Part shown: piece by piece, positions 9,302 through 18,089 of the stretch
Layout of the letters: each line of letters begins with the position of its first letter
How positions within the stretch are numbered: position 1 is the stretch's first letter
Source of the DNA: an uncultured Faecalibacterium sp.
GTDB lineage: Bacteria > Bacillota > Clostridia > Oscillospirales > Ruminococcaceae
Length of the DNA: 53,373 nucleotides
NCBI GenBank assembly: GCA_944387955.1
Contig: CALXGY010000133.1
Location: forward strand, 1-53,373
Reading direction: 5' to 3'
The notes under the pieces: generated by a model
Databases searched by the model: none
What the model was told of the DNA's origin: nothing
The model's input: the letters and a program-made list of their open reading frames with translations, nothing else
Translations under genes and position numbers: made by a program

Positions 9302-9949
9302 ATGCGCTTCAACTACTGGATCTTTGATATGGATGGGACCCTGACCGACAGCATGGGCATCTGGGACAAGCTCCCCTTTGTTCTGCTGGAAAAGCTGGGC
9401 CGGCAGCCAAAGCCGGAGCTGCGGTTCGATCTGCTGCCCCTGGGCATGACCGAGACCGCCCGCTACATGATTTCGGAATACGATCTGCCCATGACCGAGG
9501 AGGAGTTCAACGCCCTCTCGTTCCAGACCATCCGGGAGCTGTACCGCACCGTTTCCCTCAAGCCGGGGGTACGGGAGATACTGGACCGGCTCAAAAGCCA
9601 GGGGGCAAAGCTCTGCATCTGCTCCAACACCTGGCAGGCCATGTGTGAAGAGGTGCTGACCCGGCTGGGGGTGCGGGACTGCTTTGAATTCATCCTTTCG
9701 GCCCAGAACGGCCTGAACAAGCACGATCCCCACATCTTTTATGAGAGCATGCGCCGTCTTGGAGCAAGCTCTCCGGCCCAGTGCCTGGTCTGCGAGGATG
9801 CAGTCTATGCCGCCCGCACCGCCCACAGCGCCGGTTTTTCGGTGCTGGGCATCGCGGACGTTTACAGCCGGGCGGACGAGGCCGAGCTGCGCACCCTCAG
9901 CGAGCAGTTCCTGCCGGACTGGACCGCCCTGGACTGGTCCCGGGTCTGA
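9302..9949 (+). CDS. HAD-family phosphatase
   Basis: FDMDGT motif I, CSN, K and ED motifs. Confidence 0.88.
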   Translation: MRFNYWIFDMDGTLTDSMGIWDKLPFVLLEKLGRQPKPELRFDLLPLGMTETARYMISEYDLPMTEEEFNALSFQTIRELYRTVSLKPGVREILDRLKSQGAKLCICSNTWQAMCEEVLTRLGVRDCFEFILSAQNGLNKHDPHIFYESMRRLGASSPAQCLVCEDAVYAARTAHSAGFSVLGIADVYSRADEAELRTLSEQFLPDWTALDWSRV

Positions 9950-9966
9950 TTCCTTATATAAAACGC

Positions 9967-10009
9967 AATGCCCCCCGGAAGCGTTTTTCAGGCGCTTCCG
10001 GGGGGCATT
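9967..10009. terminator. Bidirectional terminator between convergent genes
   Basis: AATGCCCCCCGGAAGCG...CGCTTCCGGGGGGCATT inverted repeat. Confidence 0.8.
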
Positions 10010-10027
10010 TTGTCTGCTGGTTCTGTT

Positions 10028-10765
10028 TTACCGGCCTGCGGGCACCTCTCCTGTCAGCCAGGCCTCCAGCGCCTGGCGCAGCGCGGCCTCCCGCCCCCGG
10101 GGCAGCGGCACCCGGGCCCCGCTGGCCATCTGCAGCTCGCCGGGAGCCAGCAGCCGCACATAGGCCAGGTTCACCACATAGGAGCGGTGGGGCTGCACGA
10201 ACCGGCCGTCCGCCAAAAGCGGCCCGGCCAGGGCGGTAAAGGGCTCCCGCCGGGACAGGGAGGGGAGCTGCTGCCCGCTTTTCAGATGGACCTGCACGAT
10301 GTGGCGGGTGCACTCCAGATACTCGATGGAGGCGTAGGGGATCACCCGCAGCCCCTCGGCGGTGGGCAGGGTGAAGGCCGGGCCGTATTCCGGCTCGGCG
10401 GCCCGTTCCAGCAGTGCGAACAGCTCGGCCTGCCGCACCGGGCGCAGCAGGTACTGCATGGCGTCCACCCGGTAGGCGCTGTACGCATGGGCGGGGCTGC
10501 CCGCCACAAAGGCCAGGGGCGCCCGGCGGCCCCTCCGGCGCAGTTCCGCAGCGGCGGCCAGTCCTTTGGAGGCCGCCGGGCCCAGCTCGATGAGGTAGAG
10601 GTCGTACTGTGCGCCCTCCTCATCCGCTTCCAGCAGGGCTGCCGGGCCGGACAGCTGCTCGACGATGCAGGCGTCCTGCCGACGGGAATAGTATTCCAGG
10701 CAGAGCCGCTGCAGCCCGGCGCAGAGCCCCGGGTCGGCAGAGCAGACCGCGATATGAAAGACCAT
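10028..10765 (-). CDS. LytTR-family response regulator with atypical receiver domain
   Basis: C-terminal FVQPHRSYVVNL LytTR signature. N-terminal receiver-like fold with substituted phosphorylation-site residues. Confidence 0.85.
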   Translation of the reverse strand: MVFHIAVCSADPGLCAGLQRLCLEYYSRRQDACIVEQLSGPAALLEADEEGAQYDLYLIELGPAASKGLAAAAELRRRGRRAPLAFVAGSPAHAYSAYRVDAMQYLLRPVRQAELFALLERAAEPEYGPAFTLPTAEGLRVIPYASIEYLECTRHIVQVHLKSGQQLPSLSRREPFTALAGPLLADGRFVQPHRSYVVNLAYVRLLAPGELQMASGARVPLPRGREAALRQALEAWLTGEVPAGR

Positions 10766-10789
10766 GGATCGGTTCCTTCTGCGGCCCGG

Positions 10790-12583
10790 TCAGTAGCCGA
10801 TGGCGGCGCACTTTTTGGCCAGCCAGTCCCGCTCCTCTGCGTTCAGCAGCGGGGCCAGGTTTTCAAAGACCTGGCGGTGGTAGTCGTTGAGCCAGTCCAG
10901 CTGCTCCCGGGTCAGCACGCCGGGGACAATGGGGGAAGTGTCGATGGGCACAAAGGTCACCGGGCGGAAGGCCAGGAACCGGCCGTACTGGTTCACCGCC
11001 TTCTCGTAGCATTCCAGCTCGTTCTCGATGCGGACGCCCACAAGGCCGCCTTCGTAGACGCCGGGCTCGTCGGTGACGATCATGCCCGGCTCAAAGACCA
11101 CCTGGTTGCGGCCGTTGAGAGCGTGGGGGCCTTCGTGGACGTTGCCCACAAAGCTGACGCTGTGGCCGGTGCCGCAGCGGTAGTTGATGAGGTGCCGCCA
11201 CAGCGGTTCCCGGGCCAGGGTGTCCAGCATCTGGCCGGTGCAGTAGTCCAGGAACACCGCCCGGGCGATCTCGATGTGGCTCTGGAGGGTCCAGGTGTAG
11301 AACAGCTTCTCCTCCTCGGTCAGCTGGCCCAGGGGGTAGGTGCGGGTGATGTCGGTGGTGCCGTCCAGATAGGTGCCGCCGCAGTCCACCAGCAGAAAGC
11401 CCTTGGGCTGCAGGGGCGCGTGGTCCTCCTCGGTGGCGTGGTAGTGCATCATGGCGGCGTTGGGGCCGTAGGCGGCGATGGTGTGGAAGCTCTCCACCAG
11501 GAACTTGTCCTGCTCGCTGCGGTACTTGTGGAGGATCTCGTCCACCGTCAGCTCGGTCATCTGCTCCCCGGCGGCCATCCGTTCCTCCAGCTCCTTCTCA
11601 AACCGCACCATGGCCACGCCGTCCCGGATGTGGGCGGCCCGCAGGTGGTCGAGCTCGGTGGGGTTCTTTTTGCCCTTGAGGGGCAGCAGCGGGTCGGGCA
11701 GATCCTTGACGGTCAGGTGGGGGTTTGCCTCCAGCGCCTGATAAACCGCATAGTTCACCGAAGCCGAATCCGCCAGCACCGTCTCGGGCTGGGTAAGAGA
11801 TGCCGCAAAGTCCAGGATGCTGTCGTAATCCGCCAGTTCCACCCCGTTTTCGGCCAGCTCGGCGGCGGCTTCGGGGGCAAGACGGCTGCGGTCGATGAAG
11901 AGCACCGCCTTATCTTTGGTCACATAGCAGTAGCCCATGGCATAGGGGGTGCACTCGATGTCCATGGCCCGCAGGTTCAACAGCCAGGCCAGGTTATCCA
12001 GCTTGCCGCACAGCTGGGCGGTGCAGCCCTTTTCGGCCAGCTTTTCCCGCAGCTGGGCCAGCTTTTGAGCCGGGGTCAGGCCCGCATATTCGGCGCTCAG
12101 CAGCCAGGCCGGGGTGGCGGGCAGGGCGGGGCGGCCCTCGGTCCACAGCTCGTCCTCCAGGTTCAGGGTCTTGACGACCGCGCCCTTTTTGTCCAGCAGT
12201 TTCTGAATGCTGCGCACCAGCTGGCAGGAGGCGGTGAGGCCGCACAGGCCCAGGGCCTGGCCCTCGCTCAGAGCGTCGGCGCAGTACTGCTCCACGGTGG
12301 GCACTCCCGGCTCGCCCATGCGCTGGAGCTGGATCTCGGTGTCGGCCAGCTGCTTTTCAGCCTGGACAAAGAACCGGCCGTCCGCCCAAAGGGCGCTGCC
12401 GGTGCGGGTGACCACCAGGTTGGAGTTCTCGCCGGTAAAGCCGGAAAAGTATTCCCGGGCGTTGTAGTGGGTGGGCAGGTATTCGCTGGAATGGGGGTCC
12501 CCGGTGGGGATCAGGTAGGCTTCGCAGCCGTTTGCCAGCATGGCGGCACGCAGGGCCGCAATCCGTTCATTGACCGTATTCAT
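10790..12583 (-). CDS. Aminopeptidase P family (M24 Xaa-Pro aminopeptidase)
   Basis: DPHSSEY, DGTTDITRT, GTGHSV..VHEGP, DEPGVY and GVRIEN motifs. True start is MNTVNER at 12583, not the 1258-aa ORF start. Confidence 0.93.
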   Translation of the reverse strand: MNTVNERIAALRAAMLANGCEAYLIPTGDPHSSEYLPTHYNAREYFSGFTGENSNLVVTRTGSALWADGRFFVQAEKQLADTEIQLQRMGEPGVPTVEQYCADALSEGQALGLCGLTASCQLVRSIQKLLDKKGAVVKTLNLEDELWTEGRPALPATPAWLLSAEYAGLTPAQKLAQLREKLAEKGCTAQLCGKLDNLAWLLNLRAMDIECTPYAMGYCYVTKDKAVLFIDRSRLAPEAAAELAENGVELADYDSILDFAASLTQPETVLADSASVNYAVYQALEANPHLTVKDLPDPLLPLKGKKNPTELDHLRAAHIRDGVAMVRFEKELEERMAAGEQMTELTVDEILHKYRSEQDKFLVESFHTIAAYGPNAAMMHYHATEEDHAPLQPKGFLLVDCGGTYLDGTTDITRTYPLGQLTEEEKLFYTWTLQSHIEIARAVFLDYCTGQMLDTLAREPLWRHLINYRCGTGHSVSFVGNVHEGPHALNGRNQVVFEPGMIVTDEPGVYEGGLVGVRIENELECYEKAVNQYGRFLAFRPVTFVPIDTSPIVPGVLTREQLDWLNDYHRQVFENLAPLLNAEERDWLAKKCAAIGY

Positions 12584-12719
12584 GGACAATTTCCTTCTTT
12601 CTTGATTGATCGTATATCGCAAACCGTCCGCCTTTTCAGCGGAGGGAGAGATCCGTTCCTTATTGTAACACCCGGGCAGGTTGAATGCAAACAAAACCGC
12701 GCCGAAGGACGGGTTTCCC

Positions 12720-12764
12720 TTGACAATCTGCATTGTTTGTATTATATTAAATAATACAAACAAT
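12720..12764 (+). promoter_or_regulatory. Sigma-A promoter overlapped by a perfect 14-bp inverted repeat (probable GntR/YtrA operator)
   Basis: TTGACA(12720)-17 nt-TATATT, with ATTGTTTGTATTAT-attaa-ATAATACAAACAAT at 12732-12764. Confidence 0.8.
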
Positions 12765-12787
12765 ACACTGAAAGGCGGTGTGTCAAG

Positions 12788-13159
12788 ATGCTTATGCGGC
12801 TGGATTTTCAAAGCCCGGTGCCCATCTACCGGCAGATTCGGGATCAGGTGGTGCTGGCAGTGGCGGAGGGGCGGCTGCGCCCCGGGGAGCAGCTGCCCGC
12901 CATCCGTGCCCTGGCCGAGGATGCCGGGGTCAACGCCATGACCGTGAGCAAGGCTTATCAGCTGCTCAAAAGCGAGGGGTACCTGGTCACCGACCGGCGG
13001 GCCGGGGCGGTGGTCTGCCTGCCCCAGCCCTCTGCGGGCCTCAGCGAGGAGCAGACTGCCCGTCTGCGGCTGCTGGCCGGGGAGGCTCGGCTGGCGGGGC
13101 TGAGCCGGGCCGAGTTTTTGGCCCTCTGCGGGGCTGTGTACGAGGAAAAGGAGGGATAA
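12788..13159 (+). CDS. GntR-family regulator, YtrA subfamily
   Basis: PIYRQI...GEQLPAIRALA...VNAMTVSKAY wHTH with a short C-terminus (123 aa). Confidence 0.92.
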   Translation: MLMRLDFQSPVPIYRQIRDQVVLAVAEGRLRPGEQLPAIRALAEDAGVNAMTVSKAYQLLKSEGYLVTDRRAGAVVCLPQPSAGLSEEQTARLRLLAGEARLAGLSRAEFLALCGAVYEEKEG

Positions 13160-13162
13160 CAG

Positions 13163-14536
13163 ATGTTCATGTCCATTATTATGGGGGTCTGCCTGCTTCC
13201 GGTGCTGCTGATCCTCTATCTCACCGAGCGCAACGAGGCCACCCCCAAAAAGGGGCTGATCCTGGGGGTGACATTGCCCCCCGAGGGCCAGGCCCTGCCC
13301 GAGGTGCAGGCCATCGTTGCCCGCTTTAAAAAGGAACTGAACGCTCTCTGCCTTGCCTGCGCCGCGCTGGCGATCCCGCTGTTTTTGGTGCGGGGGGAGA
13401 TGTTCTCCCTGAGCCTCTGGATGGTCTGGATGGTGGCCGCCATCGCCCTGCCCATGCTGCCCCACATCCGGGCCAATCGGGCCCTGAAAGCCCTCAAGCG
13501 CCAGCACGGCTGGAGCGCCGGGGCCGCCCGGCTGGTGGATACCTCCGCCAGTGAGGCAGCTCTGCCCCGGCCCATCGGGCTGTGGCAGCTGGCTTTGCCG
13601 CTGATCGTCAGCCTGCTGCCCCTGTGGCCCATCCTGCGGATGGAGGACACCCTGCTGCGGCTGCCTCTTTCCATCATTATTGGGGTGGACAGTCTCTGCC
13701 TTTTGTTCCTCTGGGCCTGCGGGAGGTGGATGTTCCGCCGCCGCTCGGATATGGTCACCGAGGACAGCACCCTGAACCAGACCCTCATGCGGGTGCGGCG
13801 GCTCTACTGGGACCGGCTGTGGGTCATCTCGCTGTGGGGCTGTGCGGGGCTGAACCTGGCCTTCTGGTTCTTCCGCAATTCTCCCTGGGGAGTGCTGGGG
13901 GCCAGCCTGCTCTTTGGGGTGGTGCTCATCGGCGCAGAGATGTGGGGCGAGCTTGCCACCCGCCGGGCCCAGGAGCAGCTCACCGCCCACGCCGCCATCC
14001 GGGCCGACGAGGACGACCGGTGGATCTGGGGCATCTTCTACTACGACCCCGAGGACCGGCGGGTCTTCGTCTCCAAGCGGGTGGGCATCAGCACCACCTG
14101 CAACCTGGGCCACTGGGGCGGGAAGCTGCTCATGGGCTTTTCCGCCCTGGCGATCCTGGTCTGCCTGTTCATCGGGCCGATCCTGGGAGTGCTGGATTCC
14201 ACCCCCACCCATCTGACCCTCACCGATACCGCGCTGGTCAGCGCCCACGGTTCCAGCGAAAAATACACCCTGCCCCTGTCCGAGATCGAGAGCGTCCAGC
14301 TGCGGGAAGAGCTGCCGGTCTCCATGCGTGTTTTCGGCACCGGCATGGAGCACTATCTCGAGGGTACCTTTACGGTGGAAGGGGACGGCAGCTGCCAGCT
14401 CTGCCTGGACCCCACCGCGCCGCCCTTCCTGCGGGTGGAGGCGGACGGCGTCATCTACTGGCTGGGGGCGGCCGACCCTGCCGAAACCCGGGCCGCGGCC
14501 GAGGCTCTGGACCCCGGCGCTGTACCGGCTGGGTAA
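13163..14536 (+). CDS. Multi-pass membrane protein with DUF5808-like motif and C-terminal bacterial PH-like domain
   Basis: Several hydrophobic helices, WIWGIFYYDPEDRRVFVSKRVGISTTCNLG motif, and RVFGTG...GTF at the C-terminus. Confidence 0.72.
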   Translation: MFMSIIMGVCLLPVLLILYLTERNEATPKKGLILGVTLPPEGQALPEVQAIVARFKKELNALCLACAALAIPLFLVRGEMFSLSLWMVWMVAAIALPMLPHIRANRALKALKRQHGWSAGAARLVDTSASEAALPRPIGLWQLALPLIVSLLPLWPILRMEDTLLRLPLSIIIGVDSLCLLFLWACGRWMFRRRSDMVTEDSTLNQTLMRVRRLYWDRLWVISLWGCAGLNLAFWFFRNSPWGVLGASLLFGVVLIGAEMWGELATRRAQEQLTAHAAIRADEDDRWIWGIFYYDPEDRRVFVSKRVGISTTCNLGHWGGKLLMGFSALAILVCLFIGPILGVLDSTPTHLTLTDTALVSAHGSSEKYTLPLSEIESVQLREELPVSMRVFGTGMEHYLEGTFTVEGDGSCQLCLDPTAPPFLRVEADGVIYWLGAADPAETRAAAEALDPGAVPAG

Positions 14537-14603
14537 GCCTTCCGCCTGACCGCCGGGCAAGGACAAAATGTGAAAAAAGCCGGCTTGCCGGGGGCGTGCG
14601 CCC

Positions 14604-14715
14604 TTGACAAGCCGGTCATTCTCTCGTAATATAAAGAGTAGTCGAATGTACGATGCTGTTTGCAGGGCATCGATGTTACAGCATAGAGCAGCCGGGCGAT
14701 GCTTCGCCCGTTTTT
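14604..14715 (+). promoter_or_regulatory. rny promoter and leader containing an intrinsic-terminator-like hairpin
   Basis: TTGACA(14604)-17 nt-TAATAT, then CGGGCGA-tgct-TCGCCCG-TTTTT at 14693-14715. Confidence 0.55.
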
Positions 14716-14888
14716 ATAAGAAGAACTATACAGATAGAAGCCGCACCAACTCCGCACAGCCGGGTGTTTTTGTCCCTGTGCGCATTTGTTGTCCTTTTGT
14801 TTTAAAGGCTCCCTTATAAGGCTTACGGCCCCCGACCCGCGCCCTGCCGCAGCATCCCCAAATGATGAATTTTGAGGAGAGTGAAACG

Positions 14889-16457
14889 ATGATCACAACC
14901 ATTGTGGTCGCACTCGTTGTCGCCGCTGTCGCACTGGCCGCGGGTTTTTATCTGGGCGAAATGCACCGGAAAAAGACCGCTGAGGCCCAGATCGGCAGCG
15001 CGGAGGCTGAGGCCACCCGCCTGGTGAACGAGGCGATCAAGACCGCAGAACAAAAACGCAAAGAGGCTGTTTTGGAGGCCAAGGACGAGGTCTTCCGCAT
15101 GAAGGCCGAGGTGGACGCCCAGAAGGCGGAGGCCGACCGGGAGATCAAGCAGCGCCGGGCCGAGATCAGCCGTCAGGAAAACCGCATCGACCAGAAGGAG
15201 AACGCCCTGGACCGCAAGACCGAGGCTCTGGAGCGCCGGGAAGAGGAGCTCAAGCAGCGGGCGGCCGAGGCCGAGGCCCATCTGGCCGAGGTGGACGAGC
15301 TGCGGCAAAAGCAGATGGAGCGTCTGGAGATGCTGGCCGGTCTGAGCCAGGCCGACGCCCGGGAGGTGCTGCTGCACAAGGTGGATGAGGAGCTGACCCA
15401 CGAGAAGGCGGTGCGCATCGCCGCTTATGAGTCCAGCCTCAAGGACGAGTGCGACAACATCGCCCGCAACCTCATCGGCCAGGCGGTCAGCCGCTGCGCC
15501 GCCGACCATTCCAGCGAGACCACCGTCTCGGTGGTGCCGCTGCCCAGCGATGAGATGAAGGGCCGGATCATCGGCCGCGAGGGCCGCAACATCCGGGCTC
15601 TCGAGACCGCCACCGGCGTGGACCTCATCATCGACGATACCCCCGAGGCCATCACCCTTTCTTCCTTCGACCAGACCCGCCGCGCGGTGGCCCGCATGAC
15701 GTTGGAGCGGCTGATTGGGGACGGACGCATCCACCCGGCCCGCATCGAGGAGACGGTGGAGAAGTGCCGCCACGAGCTGGAATTGCAGATGAAGCGGGAA
15801 GGCGAGCGCGCCGTCATGGAGCTGGGCATCCATGGCCTGCACCCCGACCTGGTAAAGCTGGTGGGCCGTCTGAAGTACCGCACCAGCTTTGGCCAGAACG
15901 CCCTGACCCACAGCATGGAGGTGGCCTGGCTGTCCGGGCTGCTGGCCAGCGAGATGGGGGTCAACGTGACTTTGGCCCGCCGCGCCGGTCTGCTGCATGA
16001 CATCGGCAAGGCGCTGGACCACGAGATCGAGGGCAGCCACGTTCAGATCGGCGTGGACATCTGCCGCAAGTACAAGGAGAACACCCAGCTGATCCACGCG
16101 GTGGAGGCACACCACGGCGACGTGGAGCCCAAGACCCCGCTGGCCTTCATCGTGCAGGCGGCGGACGCCATCAGCGCGGCCCGTCCCGGCGCACGGCGTG
16201 AGAACGTGGAAAGCTATGTCAAGCGCCTGGAGAACCTGGAGGAGATCTCCTCCAGCTTCGAGGGCGTGGAGCAGGCCTTCGCGGTCCAGGCCGGCCGCGA
16301 GGTGCGGATCATGGTCAAGCCCGACGTGGTGGGAGACGATCAGGTCATCCTGCTGGCCCGGGCCGTTGCCAAGAAGATCGAGGAGACCCTGGACTACCCC
16401 GGTCAGATCAAGGTCAACGTCATCCGCGAGAGCCGCGCCGTCGAATACGCAAAATAA
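14889..16457 (+). CDS. rny: Ribonuclease Y
   Basis: N-terminal TM anchor, coiled coil, KH motif [13 protein letters not shown], and HD motif LLHDIGK. Confidence 0.97.
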   Translation: MITTIVVALVVAAVALAAGFYLGEMHRKKTAEAQIGSAEAEATRLVNEAIKTAEQKRKEAVLEAKDEVFRMKAEVDAQKAEADREIKQRRAEISRQENRIDQKENALDRKTEALERREEELKQRAAEAEAHLAEVDELRQKQMERLEMLAGLSQADAREVLLHKVDEELTHEKAVRIAAYESSLKDECDNIARNLIGQAVSRCAADHSSETTVSVVPLPSDEMKGRIIGREGRNIRALETATGVDLIIDDTPEAITLSSFDQTRRAVARMTLERLIGDGRIHPARIEETVEKCRHELELQMKREGERAVMELGIHGLHPDLVKLVGRLKYRTSFGQNALTHSMEVAWLSGLLASEMGVNVTLARRAGLLHDIGKALDHEIEGSHVQIGVDICRKYKENTQLIHAVEAHHGDVEPKTPLAFIVQAADAISAARPGARRENVESYVKRLENLEEISSSFEGVEQAFAVQAGREVRIMVKPDVVGDDQVILLARAVAKKIEETLDYPGQIKVNVIRESRAVEYAK

Positions 16458-16665
16458 ATCGAATCCCGCGCCGCAGCGCAGAAGGAACCCCCTTCCCGCT
16501 GCGGCGTTTTTACTTGTGATTCGGACGATTTTTTTGTGAAAATTTTGGCTAGTTTACTGCTTGTGCCCCGCCCGGTTTGCCGGTACAATAGGGATATAGG
16601 GGGGAGGCCGCTCCCCCTGCTGCATTTTTATGCCGAAATTTACAAGGACAGGAGTGGACCGACCG

Positions 16666-17301
16666 ATGATCAATATGGTAAAGCTTCCCACCAAACACAG
16701 CCGCCTGTTTCTCCGCGTGGCGAAGGGACATTTTGCAACCAGTCACAGTCACATCAATTACTACATCGACGTGACCACCCAGAAAGCCCGCCTGTCCGAA
16801 GCCAACGAGGCGGCCAAGGAGCTGGTGGCGAACTACCGGCTGAATACCATCGTGGACACGGTGCTCTGTCTGGACGGCACCCAGGTCATCGGCACCTGCC
16901 TGGCCAACGAGCTGACCCGGGACGGCTTCATGAACATGAACGCCCACCAGACCATCTATGTGGTCACCCCCGAGTACACCACCGGCAGCCAGATCATCCT
17001 GCGGGACAACATCCTGCCCATGGTACGGGGCAAACATGTGCTGATCCTGGCCGCTTCCATCACCACCGGCTACACCATGCAGGCCGCGGTGGAGGCCGTG
17101 AACTACTACGGCGGCATGGTGGCGGGCCTGTCCGCCATCTTTGCCACCACCCACGAGTTCATGGGCTACCCGGTGACCTCCATCTTTGACCCCAATAACC
17201 TGCCGGACTACGCCAGCTACGAGTCCCGGGACTGCCCCATGTGCAAGGCGGGCAAGCCCATCGACGCGCTGGTGAACAGCTTCGGCTACTCCGCGCTGTG
17301 A
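16666..17301 (+). CDS. Type I phosphoribosyltransferase-fold protein (orotate PRTase-like)
   Basis: GHF...H..YYID N-terminus, degenerate PRPP loop VLILAASITTG, and C-terminal CPMC. Confidence 0.7.
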   Translation: MINMVKLPTKHSRLFLRVAKGHFATSHSHINYYIDVTTQKARLSEANEAAKELVANYRLNTIVDTVLCLDGTQVIGTCLANELTRDGFMNMNAHQTIYVVTPEYTTGSQIILRDNILPMVRGKHVLILAASITTGYTMQAAVEAVNYYGGMVAGLSAIFATTHEFMGYPVTSIFDPNNLPDYASYESRDCPMCKAGKPIDALVNSFGYSAL

Positions 17302-17345
17302 CCTTCCGGCGCTTCGGGAACATATCTGCAAAAGCCTTCCAACAG

Positions 17346-17872
17346 CATGGGGCTGTTGCAAAATGACCCACGGTCTGCACTACCTGACCAGGCTCCCTCG
17401 CCGAGGGAGCTGGCGAGCGAAGCGAGACTGAGGGAGTTACCTTAGATGCAAACTGTATTGACGCTGTTTGGTGAATGGTTCTGCCTATAACAGCATCGAT
17501 ACCGTTATCTGCTAATGTAACTCCTTCCGCAACAATCTCGACCGCCGCCTGCGGCGGATCGAGGGAGAGATTGTTGGGGCAGCCGTCTGAATTTTCAAGG
17601 GCCGCCCAAGGCCCGCCAAAAATTCAGGCAACGGCAACCCGATCGCTGCGCGCCACCTTCCTCGGGGAGGAAGGCCTGAAGATACACGGCTTCCTCTTGG
17701 GAAAGCCGCAGATAAACCTACGCAAAAAACGCTGCTCCCTCGGTTTTCGCCGATTGGGAACAGCGTTTTTTCATGGTTCGGGGAAATCTAAAATTTCAAT
17801 AGGGCTAAATCGAAAGGGCTAAATCGAAGATTTTATCGACAGAGCGCGATTCTATTTTGCAACAGCCCCATG
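17346..17872 (-). mobile_element. Non-autonomous TIR element (MITE-like), composite repeat copy 2
   Basis: Perfect 19-bp terminal inverted repeat CATGGGGCTGTTGCAAAAT (17346-17364) / ATTTTGCAACAGCCCCATG (17854-17872). Interior is homologous to copies 1 and 3 in reverse orientation. Internal 14-bp tandem duplication at 17801-17828. No transposase. Confidence 0.8.
17529..17641 (+). repeat. 113-bp structured module nested in repeat copy 2
   Basis: Same length and near-identical to 41590-41702. Confidence 0.88.
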
Positions 17873-17896
17873 TATTTTTTTTTGCAAAGGCCCCGA

Positions 17897-17945
17897 TTTA
17901 CATTTTCTTTGCATTTGGGGGTACTTCATGTATCAAAGATTTACA
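17897..17945 (+). promoter_or_regulatory. Putative Pho box upstream of pstS
   Basis: TTTACA(17897) and TTTGCA(17908) at an 11-bp period, plus TTTACA(17940). Resembles Firmicute PhoP TT(A/T)ACA repeats. Confidence 0.6.
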
Positions 17946-18089
17946 TCAATTTTTCTCCATCATGGTCGCAGCGAAAAAAACTCTGCGGTAGAATAAGGCC
18001 GTCCCAAACGACAGAGAAAAACATGAAGAAAAAGCTCTGCCCGGCCGAATGTGCCCCGGGCAAGACCCTAAATTGCGGAGGAAAATCCT

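Noticed and set aside
9968-12754. Long antisense ORFs (also 1532-3271, 6140-7912, 31846-34101, 34865-36610, 39695-41341, 50270-52120)
   Set aside because: Stop-poor reverse frames of high-GC genes with no recognisable motifs.
10790-14566. 1258-aa ORF suggesting a giant aminopeptidase fusion
   Set aside because: The N-terminal 661 codons are the antisense shadow of the GntR and membrane-protein genes. The peptidase has its own start at 12583.
14636-14860. 6S RNA upstream of rny
   Set aside because: I could not fold it into the long rod with a central bubble, and an internal terminator-like hairpin argues against it.
16666-17301. Gene symbol pyrE
   Set aside because: The acidic PRPP-loop residues are absent and there is no pyr operon context.
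17346-17872. CRISPR array or autonomous IS
   Set aside because: No regularly spaced direct repeats with unique spacers, no cas genes and no transposase ORF.
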